Shown: piece by piece, positions 13,901-25,900 of the stretch
Layout of the letters: each line of letters begins with the position of its first letter
Numbering within the stretch: the stretch's first letter is position 1
From: Mytilus trossulus
Lineage: Eukaryota
Direction of reading: 5' to 3'
Assembly (NCBI RefSeq): GCF_036588685.1
Contig: NC_086375.1
Coordinates: 15,934,001-15,998,000 of the forward strand
Length of the DNA stretch: 64,000 nucleotides
Translations under genes and position numbers: made by a program
Notes under the pieces: model-generated
Database searches by the model: none
Seen by the model: the letters and a program-made list of their open reading frames with translations, nothing else
Told to the model about the DNA's origin: nothing

Positions 13901-16900
13901 CCAGCGAAACTGTTGATGGGTCTTGGCGGTTCAGTGGAAATGAAATATAAAAAAGCTGCAAAGGTTGACCTGACTGTTACCGGATTAACACGTTCTCCAA
14001 TGAAATATTTTGGTTAGTAATTATTCTTTTCTAAAGAATAAAATAGAAAGTTTATATGTAAACTGATTTTGTTTTGAAGAACGATGTCTATATGGTACCA
14101 AATATTTTGTTTTCTAGGCAACAGACTTGAAGATAAAGGGAAGTCACATTCATACCAAAAAGGCACTGGATACCAGCATTTCGGTGTCAGTTGGTAAAAA
14201 ACACACCTTGAGCACATCAGTCTTCCTGAAAAATAAATCAAAGAAATTGACATCTGTTTCTGGTGGAATTTCCCTTTCATTGAATGAGAAATCCCTTTCC
14301 ATATCAAATGTCTTCATCCAACAGAACAACCAGAAATATACCAACGACTTCGCTGCCACTATCGGTAAACAAAGAACAACGATAAAATCTGCCATCAAGA
14401 GCATGTCAAATATTGAATTCGAAATATCTAATGATGTAACACTTCCAGAAAGAAAACCTTTTACCATTGCTGGTCAGCTAAACGGGAGCCCTAGGGATTT
14501 CAGAGTAGGAGCACAGATTGGAAAATCATATGTTTTGGCATTTACTTCCCAATACAAACCAAAGACATTGATCAAGATGTCTGGGGATGTGAAGGTTAAC
14601 AGCAGACGCGTGACAGCTGAAATTGAAGCAATGAACAACAATCCTCAGTATACCGGAGCATTTGATGTTAAGTGGGATGCTGATAAAGATGAATCAAAAA
14701 GAATAAAGTTTGTAGGAGATTTGACATACAAAAACTCCATGGATGTAAACGCTAGACTAGAACATGTCAACCCATTCACTAGTGTCTTATCGAGTTATAA
14801 TCATATAGTTGATATAAATACTCAGGGCCATTTTGATATCTTTGTGGGAGGGAAAGAGGAAATAGCTTTGGATCTTAATCTTAAAAACAAAGATGAAGGA
14901 AGAGCTGGAACCCTTAGAATGCAGACACCTGTCACTGGATTAGTACAAATGAATTATGATTTGATGTCAACTACCAAACAATATCAGAACTCAATGGATA
15001 TCACATGGCAGAAATCAAACAAAATTGGAGTTTTAGTAAATTTGGACAAACCATTCAATGCCAATAAATTTCATGGAATAGTTACAGTTAAAACACCATT
15101 CAAGGGTTTCCAAATGTCCTCAGTAGAAGTGGACCATGAATACAGCGGAAAGGTAAAAAGTATGCTGAAAACTGAACTCAACAACGAGAAAGTAAAAGTT
15201 GATATTAACTACAGTAACGATGACCAGGATGTAAACGGTGTAATTAGTGTAAAATCGTCATTATCCAGTTTGAAAACAGCTTCTGTAAACTTCCACCATA
15301 AAACTACAGACAACAAATACCAGAACGCTTTAGCAATGGAGCACAATGGCAAAGTATACCAGTATGAAGGTCAAATGAATCACAGATTTACAAAAGGAGG
15401 ACTGAAGAATAAAGGAAAAATTGTCTTTAATCTACCAAACAACAAATATGATGCAAATTGGGATCACAGCATTACCAGCAATGAACTCATTTCTAAAATG
15501 CAGTCAAATATTAATGGTAAATCTTATGAATTGGACGTAAATGGAAGACAAGCCATAACATTTAGTGAAGGGGGAGTATCATTTAACCTGAAGATTAAAT
15601 CTCCACTTATGGACGATATCCTTCTGCGTGTTGATCATCAACACAGACCATCATTGATAGACAGTTCAGCAACCTTATCTATTAATAGTAACGTTATGAT
15701 GTCTGGTCATTTAGACTACAAGAGAGAAGCTGGCAAGGTGATGTCAAAACAGTCTTTCAAAATGTCTGATATCACTTTTGAAACTTCAATTATATCTGAA
15801 TATGCCCGTTTTCCAATGTCAGGACAAATTAATATGAAGTTGAATGATAATGAAATCGATGCAAGTGGAACCTTTGATCGTCAGCAGAACAGCCAAAACG
15901 GTAAACTTAAATTTAGGTCACCATTTACCAAACCTATTGTATTAAGTATTGATCGAGCAATTGATGGGGAACAGATCATTTCATCATCTATTGAGTATGG
16001 AAAAACTGAAATTATGGCCATGGAAAACAGATTCAGATGGGACAACACAAAAATTGTCAAGATATCAGTTGTAACACCAATAAAGTCAGTCAGGAAATTT
16101 GAAACATTACTCAAGTTTGATGGAGGTATAACTGCTTTCAAAACAGTCGCAAGTTTAGAAATTGAACCTACTTTTAGACCAATCCAGATGACATCAGAAT
16201 GGAACTCTGTCAATGGGCTCAATGGAAAAATTCGTTTGGAAACTCCATTCCAACAAATACCATACAGTCAAATAAGTTTGGTTTCTAAACCCACTTCTAG
16301 AATGACATCATCAGATCTAGTTATTGAATATCTCCCAAGACGAGAAATAATCATGAAATCAAGCTACATGGTGCAGAAAGATCACGTTGAAGGCAGTTTA
16401 GACATAAAAACTCCCTTCCATGACATGCAAACAATGTCAGCATCAGTTAAACATGTAACTCGAAATAACGCCCTAAATTCTGAGATGACCTACACCTGTC
16501 CTAAAGGCACAAAATACGTCGCTGACATCAACTATAAATCTGGTATCAAGAAAGAGGGGTCAGTCAGTCTGAAAATGGATAAGAAAAGAATAAGCGTTAA
16601 TGGTATGGTCGACATGATGTCTGGATACCCAGCTGGTTTCTTGAAGACATCAACACCCTTTACAAAGGACATTATTGTTGATATTAAGCAGACGAATCAA
16701 GCTGAAGTAATTGTGACGTCGGGCTCGGTGAGATACGATAACGGAAAAGAAATATCATTGGAAAACCGATTCCGTTGGAATGATGCCTTTGTGTTCACAA
16801 CAGCTCTTGCTACACCATACGAATCCATGAAAACAATTAACTCTGTAATAGAGGCTAAAGGAGACTTACGATCTTTCTCTCTTTTAAGCAGCATTGAAGC

Positions 16901-19900
16901 AGAACCAATCACAAAGAAGTTCTTAATATCCAGTGCCGTAAATACAAATGGTGGATTCGATGGTAACTTCCGCATTGAAACCCCATTCGAGGCCATTCCA
17001 TTTAGTCAGATAACCGTCTCTAGTCAAAGAAGTAGCGGATCCACAAGAACAGTTGCTAATATAGAATACCTTCCAGCTAAATATATCAGTGTCAAATCAA
17101 GTCACACAATGGATTTGGATAACATTGATGCAACTTTTGAAATTCAGACTCCATTCGCCAAATTTCAACATGCATCTGCTTCAATAAAACACACAAATGA
17201 CGACAAAGGCATTTCATCTTCTGTAGGAATCGAATATCCTAAAGGCAATATATATTCTATAGACACTTCCGTTAAAAACGCCGAAAGGAAAGACGCTTCC
17301 ATCACCGTCAAAAGTCCATACAGCAAACCAGTAAGTCTGTCAGTCTATCATCAAGGAAAATATCCGTCAATGGAGACACACGGTGAACTACAGTACCAGG
17401 GCAACCAGAAACACATATTGGACATAACATTTAATAATAAAGCTAACTTTAAGTCATCTGTGTCATACAAGTGTCCATCTATGGACAAAATATCTTTGGA
17501 GATAAACCATAAAGGAAGCATGAAACAATTCAATTCTCTCGTCAAAGCACAATACAAGAAGGGCGAGCCACATCAAATCGAAATAATCTTTAAAAATCTG
17601 GCTAAAATGCAAGGATCTTTGACAGTCAAATCAGCGTTCATGGATGACTTTAAAGCATCTTTCCATCATATCGGGTCCTTGAGGAATCTTAAATCTCATG
17701 TTCAATATGCTTACGGTAAAATGACTCCAGCCTCTGCTGATGTAGCACTTATTTCTGGAAAACGTATCAAGGGATCCGTGAAATTGTCTGCACCAATGTT
17801 TGAGGATATTACTATGACTCTTATTCACAAGGGAAATCTGAAAAGCTTCAGAAACAAGATGAACCTAATCTACAGCAAGAAACAGAAAATCAGTACCGAT
17901 TTTAATTTCCGTCTGGCTAAAGTAATGAAAGCTACATTTATGTTTGTTTCTCCTTTTAAAGGATATAAGAAAGTCATTGCCAACGTGAAACACGAAGGAA
18001 CATGGAAGAGCTTCAAGTGTGATGCCAATATTAAAAAAGGAAAAGACGTTGTTAAAGCCAACATGAAAACATCAATAGGGTCTAAATTCAATTGGGAAGC
18101 AAGTGTAGAAACTCCAGTTGCCGGTTGGAAGAAAATGAATGCTGCTGTATCGCACGAAGGATCACTTTCTAATTTTAAATGCCATGCCGAGATAGGTCGA
18201 GGTAAACAAGACATGGTCGCTGCAGACATACGATTTGCAATTAATCCATCCATTGATATTCTGTTGGCTGCACAGACACCTTTTGTTGGCTACAGCAATG
18301 TCAAGGCATCTTTGTCACATCAAAAATCAGACAGCAAGATAAAATCTCATGCTGAAATAACATACTTCAAGAAAGATACAATATCTGCAGATATCTTGAT
18401 AAACAAACCAACAAGAAGTGCTGATATTTCCATAAAGACTCCATTCAAGAAATATGAAAAGATGGCAGGTTCCTTCTCACACACTGGTTCATTATCAGAA
18501 TTCAGTACAAAGATGGATTTGGCAGCAAACAAAGATAAATACTCAGCTCAGATCAATTTCAAGACTGTAGGTCAACTGTCAGCAGAGATGAAAATATCAA
18601 CACCCATCGTCGGCTATCAAGAAACCGATCTTTCCTTTACTCATAGTGGAAGCTTAAACAATTTCCGTTCACGAGCAAATATTCTTTTTCACAAGAAGAA
18701 GAGTGTCGCTGATGTCTCATTTAACACTCAGTGGTGTAGAAGGACAATTGACATTGCAGACACCCTATACAGAAACTGTAAAAGCTACAATTATGCATAG
18801 CAATGAGGGAAAAATGAAATCTTCTTCAAACATTGCATATGGTAAACAGACCATTTTTGATTTTGATGCTTTGTTCAGTCAAAGAGGACAAACATTTGGA
18901 ACCGTCTCCATCAAAGCATTGAAGGTGCCAAAAATGGCAGCAACTTTTGAATACCAGGGAGTTATATTCAACAATAAAGCAACCATACAGGCATCACTTG
19001 GGAAAGACAAGATCATGGTTGAGACACAAATGGAAAGCAAATCTGATGTCTCAGGAAGAATTTCCATTTCAACTCCATTTGATTCTGCAAAGACGATGTA
19101 TATGGTATATTCTAAAACTGGACCAATGAATAAAATGAACGGTAACATTGAAGCTGGAATCAACGAACAGAAGATTACGACTGACATAACTATTTCATCT
19201 GATGACGTAACAAAGGCATCTGTCACACTCCGAACACCATTTTCTGAACTACGAAATGCTGATGTATCCATTAGATTTTCTGGCACCGCTAAAAACTTTG
19301 ATAGCCACAGCGAAGTGACTGTTAACGAAAAAATGGCTGAAGCTGATCTGACAGTCATTGTGAATGATCGTCTTGACATAAGAGGGTCTATGAAAACTCC
19401 ATTTACTAAAGACTTTGTCATCCGAATGAACCATGATGGTGCATTGAACAGTTTCAAATCTTCTTCTGATGTATCATACGGATATGATAAAATTAGTGGA
19501 CAAATAACAACTGATTTGACCAATGGAGTACAAATTGACATCACCCTCAAAACTCCATTTTCAAATGATGTGATCTTTGCTACATCTTCTAACTACGATT
19601 TCAAAGACTTCCGATCACTTTCTCAGTTAACATACAGTGGAGCTAAACAACACGAATTAGAAGTCACCTTCTCTGCCGTTAAGGAAAGAAAATCTCTGAA
19701 GTCAAATGCACAAGTTACCTACAATGGAAAATCAGTATCAGGAAAGGTTGACTTTGAAGGTGGAATGAGAAACTTCAAATCTGCAGGAGAGGCTAAATAC
19801 AATAACCAGAAAATAATGGCAGAAATCCAATTCCAGTCACTGAGAAGAATAAATGGACAATTTTCATTGAAAACACCATTTTCGTCCGATTTTCTCCTAT

Positions 19901-22900
19901 CCTTCAGCCATCAAGGTCAGATACCAACTGCTTTTACATCAGCTGCTTCGATGTCATACGGAAAGATATCCCATGATATTCAGGCATCATTTAACCATGA
20001 TGGGTCATATAAGAAGTTCTCTACTAATGGTCAGATTAGTTACAATGGCAAGAGAGTATCTTCAGTCATTTCCTTTGATGCTACTAGTGACATAACAGGA
20101 ACAGTGACATTGAAGTCACCCATGACGGATGACATAATTGTTTCTTTCTCCCATAATGGAACACCATTGACATTCAGTAGCATTGCCAAAATTACTTACA
20201 GTGGATCAATGAAACACGATGTTCTCATAACATTCAATCATGCCGGATCAATGATGAATTTTAACACTAAAGGCGCTTTATCATACAATGGCAAAACCAC
20301 ATCAGGGGAAATCGTATTTGATGCTATTAAAGACATTGAAGGTAAATTAGAATTAAAAACTCCTATTACAGATGACATAATTGTAGCAGTTTCTAACGAA
20401 GGATCCTTAAGGAATTTCAAATCTTGTCTCAAAGTCACATACAAAGGACAGTTACAACATGATGCAAGCCTTAAATTTAACTTCGACGGATCAATGATGC
20501 AGTTTGGAACAAAATCATCTTTAATGTGTGACAGCAAAAAAGTATCCTTCGATGTTAATTTTGATGCCACCAAGGATATTGAAGGGAAAATTACATTGAA
20601 ATCGCCATTTACCGAGGATATGATTGTGGCCTTCTCACACGAAAACACGATGAACAATTTCAAAACCTGTCTCAAAGTTACTTACAGTGGAGAACTGCAG
20701 CATGATGCCAGTCTTACCTTTAATATGGATGGAACATTGGTTAAGTTTACAACTAAATCAGTTTTTACCTACAACAACAAAATGGCCTCTACTGCCGTCA
20801 GTTTTGATACAACAAACATTCTTGAAGGCAGAATAACAGTCACAACACCATGGACAAATGAAATCATTGTAGCTTTTTCAAATGAGGGATCTATACAAAA
20901 TTTCAAAACCTGTCTTAAAATTACATACAGTTGTTCTTTGAAGCACGATGCCAGTTTTTCATTCAGTTTGGATGGATCAGTCAGAAAGTTCTTTACACTG
21001 GCTTCAGTGAAGTACAATGACAAAATAGCTTCCGCTGAGGTAACTCTTGATTCTAGAAAAGACATTGTTGGAAAGATCACCTTGAAAACACCAATGTATG
21101 ATGACGTTATCATTGAGATCGCCCGCAACGGTAACTGGAAAAACTGTTTGTCCTTTGTTCAAATCACCTACAATGGCGCTTTGCAACATGACGCAAGAGT
21201 AAGCTTCAAGTTGATCAAGAAACCAACAAGTATCCAGGCAAATACTGAGGCAAGTTACAATGGCGAAACAGTATCCGGAGACATTTCTATTGAGACATCA
21301 TCTGGAATTGATGGAACCATGACTGTTAAATCACCATGGAGCGAGGACATTACCACAATTGTTAAATACAACGGAGAGCCAAAAGATTTCACTGCCCAAC
21401 TTCAGCTGAATCACAAAGGCTCTGGTCAATATGAAGTAAATATAAGACATACAACAACTGGTGAAATGAAGAAACTTTCAACTGCTATCTCTGCGTCCTA
21501 CAACGGCAAAGAAATGTCGTTTGATGGTTCATATGACTTAAAAGACAACAAGAACGCTCAAATGACTTTCAAATCACCATTCACCAAAGATGCATTTGTG
21601 AAAATATCTTCAGAAGGAACAGTTCAAAGATTTAGCTCAAATGTAAAACTATCATATGGCGAGAAGACCCATGTTTTGACTTCAAAATTCAATATGATCA
21701 TGACTGATTCCAAATTAGGTTCTGCAGTTGAAATATCAGTCGACAACCAGAAAGGATCTATTGACCTCCTTGTTGAGTACTCTGATGAATACAAGGTTAA
21801 AGTATCTGCCAGTTCTCCACTTACTGACGACATTGAACTAATGTCTTCTGCAAAAATAAACCGTAACAATCTTATTGGTTCATTACTGATTAAACTCGCA
21901 GGAAAAACCATCCACGACAGCAGTTTCAGCCTGACAAGAAGAATGGGAGAAAACCAATTTGTCGCCAATTTAAATGCTGTATACAACTCTAAAAATGTCA
22001 ATGGGGGATTTTCAATTGTTACATACAATGGAATTGACGCCAAAATGACACTAGAGACTCCAGTTGCAGGATACGAGAAGATTGCAGCCAATTTCTTATA
22101 CGAAACTGACAGGGATACAATTACGGCACAAGTCAATGGAAACGTTGGATCTAACAATGTAGAATTTAATGCAGTTTTTGATAAGACTTCACCATTCAAT
22201 GGAAAAATTAATATCAAAACTCCAGTCAGTGGATTAACCGAAATGTCAATGAACGTAGTTTTCAACAATAATCCTTCAAACTTTCGTCTCACATCTGATT
22301 TCGCTATTGAAGGTCAAAACATGTATGACCTTAGTTTTGAGCATATCTCCTCAACAAGAAATATACAAGGAAGTCTAGAACTGAAAACAACAATTTTAGA
22401 AGACATTGACATCAAGTATGACATCTCTGGAAGTTTAACAAAGTCTTCATCTTCGTTCAGTGCCTCCGTTGGAAGTAAGAACCAAATTTCATTGAACACT
22501 TTGACCAACATTCAAGGCAGGCAAATGGGAGAAGTAAAATCAACCTTAAATATCAACATTGCTGGTTTCACAAAATCAGCTGAATTAGAATTAAAAAGTG
22601 GAAGAAGCTTCAGCGATTTCACTTCTAAAATAAGTGGAAAAATTGATAACGATGAAATCTCTGTAGAAACCATATTTAAAAGTCAACCATCTTATGAGGC
22701 ATCGGTTAAGGTAGAAACACCTTTCAAATCAGCTAAATCAATGTCAGCTACGATCAAGAATGTTCGTAAATCAAATTTTGTCAGCACATCAGCTGTTGTT
22801 GCACTTTCCCCTGAAAAGGTTTACGAAATAAGTCTTAATTATCTCAACCAGAACTTCAGAAAGATGGATATAAAAGCCGAAGTAAAAACTCCAGTGAAAG

Positions 22901-25900
22901 GACACGAGTTGATGAGCTGGGTATACAGGCACGGGACTGACCAGGTTCTATCTGTATTTTCGAACTACGAATGCTCAACTGGAATTCAAATTACTGGTGA
23001 TATTAAACTGTCACCAAGATCGATCAACATGGATGTCAGGACTCCGTTTCAAGCAATTCGATCATTGTCTCTTAAGGGAAACTTAGAAAGACAAAATATG
23101 ATCTATAGTTTAGACACTTCTTTTGAGATAAATAAGAAATCAGTTAAACTATCTGGTTTAGTAGACTTAGAAAGCAGACCAATGACAACTAGAATCGAGC
23201 TGAAGACTCCATTTAAGGGACTTGAATCTTCCGAGATCAATTTGTCATGTACAGGAGACATCAAAGATTTGCGCGCCACAGTCGAAATTGTAACTCCTTT
23301 GATTAAACCAATCAATTCCGAAGTACATATCCGTTACGATTCTCTTTTGGACATGGAAACCACTGCAATTCTTACCACAGGGTTTAAGTCCTTCGAACGA
23401 TTGAGTGTTTCATTGGTCAACAAGAAATACAGAAATGAATACCAAACACATGTTGAAACCTCGTGGAATAGAGAAAAGACCATTTCATTTGATGCTTCAT
23501 GTGATGTTTCGGAGATATCTAGTGGAAAGCATATCAAGACATCCATGTCAATTTCTACACCTTTCGAAGCCCTTAAAACTATAACTGTCAATATGGGACA
23601 TAAATATTCCACTGGTAACTACATGCAATCGGTCTTCTTGGAATACAACGGGAAACCTCTACTAGATATTGACACATCTTATTCAAATATTGAGCATCAC
23701 ACAGTATCCATAGTAACAAGACACCCTAGACCTATGAACTTCAGAATCGGAGGTAACATGGAAGCCGAAAAGATAAACAGCGATATCAGCTTAAACTGGA
23801 ATACAGACAAAACAGACAGCAATATGAATATGGAAGTCTTTTATAGTCATAACAATAATAAGTGTAATTTAGCAGTTAGATTTGTACATCCGTCTAAAAC
23901 CATCGGATTTAGAGGAGAATTAAAACGTTCAACAAGTCATAACTTAGTTTCGCTTGATGTAAACATAGATGAAGCCAATGTATTTGGATATACCTATGAT
24001 TGTAAACACGGCAATGATGACAGAGATACAAGTATGAAATTCCGTTTCCCAAACAGATCTATCATGTTTACAAACGCAATTCAGAACCGTCTTGGATCTA
24101 AAATGGTAACTGGTGCCTTCTTCTGGGATGCTGATGGTGACCAGACAAAGAAAGTATCTGTTAAAGGGGATATAACTCCAAGTGAAAATGGTGTAGATGC
24201 CAATGTTGTTCTAGAAATGCCAAGTATTGGACAGGTAATGCAATATTTTATGTAACTTTCTTGTAACTTAGTCAATGACAAATTGAATTGTTCAATTTCT
24301 GTAATCGTATTTTCCTTACCGCCCCTGATGATCAAGTTGAAAGAAACATTGTATTAAGAATCTTATTCCTATCGATGAATGTTAAAATAAACAACGTTTT
24401 TTCTGGTTATTAAAAAACCCTATTCTATTTAATCTATACTGTATGGATAAGTCTCATAACTTTTTTTTAAACATTAACCGATATTCATTTACTTTTTTTT
24501 ATAAATAGGATGTAAAGCTTGATTCCAAAGTGAAATTCAACAAGGGATCTGTTCTGTTTGATGGTAAAACTGCATTCCAGTATTCTAAAGATTCAAGGAA
24601 GACACTAATTCTTTCCTCACGACTGGAAGATCTTTCATCTGGAACTGACACCAACTACAGCTTTAACCTAGGAATCAAACATCCGTATACTACTGTTGAC
24701 GTTGAGGTAACTTCACTCCTAGAATCATCAGTTTACCAAAAGATGGCTTCTGTCGATGTTAAATACCAAACAGCAAACAAAATGGCAAAGAACTTTGGAA
24801 TAATGGGTGAAATCGATAACTTGAAGAAGAGCATCAAGATGGATGTAAGTTATTATTTTACTAACATGTTTGGGGATGAATCATCAGCAAAAAAGCGTTA
24901 TTTATAATGCCATATAACACCCGAATAATGCCATATAACACCCGAATAATGCCATATAACACCCGAATAATCAGTAGAGCTTGTAGTATGTAGAAGCACA
25001 AATAGAGAATTACTTGAATTAAGAAAGGTGAAAAGAGGTCAACAAAAGGGCGGAACTCGAAGAATAATAAACAGAGAAAACATTTTAATGTCCATGCAAG
25101 ATTACCATTTTAGAGAATAAATATAACAAAATACATTAAATAATAAAAGAAGTAGCTAAAAATCCTGTCAACTAGCTATGTTTTGTTAAGAGAAAAATTT
25201 GAAATGTGTAAGCAAATATAATATAGAAAAGATATGTTTTATCATAATGTATACATGTATTTAAAAACACATATATTTTCATTTACAGCTGACCACACCT
25301 ATTAAATCAATCAATATCCAAGGAAATGTGCAAACTACAGCTCCATACAAAGTGTCAATTAAGAACCTGTATGATAATGCCAAACCAGTCAGTGCAGATA
25401 TTGTTTTTGACCCATCAGATGTCAGTATTGATGTCAACATGAACTATGATATTGGTAAGAATGAAAAGCTGACCCAATTATTTTTAATATTTAAACTAAT
25501 ATGTAAATTTTCTATCAACTAATGTTTCAACTAAGTATGTTTTTAATTACAAAGATTTCTCCTCTTTTTAGGCAAAGTATGTTTTAATAGTAAAGGTTGC
25601 AGCTTCTATAGGCAAAGTTCTTTTCAAAGCAAATGTTGCAACTTTCTCAGACAAAATATGTTTTTGAGTTAAAGTTGCTTCTGCCTCAGGCAAAGTTGCC
25701 CTTCGATGATATTGCCTGCTATTTTTATGGTTAATTGTTTTTGTCTAAACAGAAAAGCCTTCTATGTTTTTTATTACACAAACTTGGATAAAAGTTTTTT
25801 CGAAGACAGTTATTACAAAGCACGTTGTCTGTTCTATTTATCCGGTATACTACATCTGCAAATCTCAGACTTTTATACGACGATTAAAGATAATGATCTG

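Noticed and set aside
14127-24255. Two separate genes (1557 aa and 1850 aa ORFs)
   Set aside because: They overlap at a frameshift, share one continuous repeat pattern, and are joined to flanking exons by in-phase splice sites.
14150-24335. Many - strand ORFs (up to 223 aa) opposite the giant exon
   Set aside because: These are antisense shadows of a long codon-biased ORF, with no independent motifs or splice structure.
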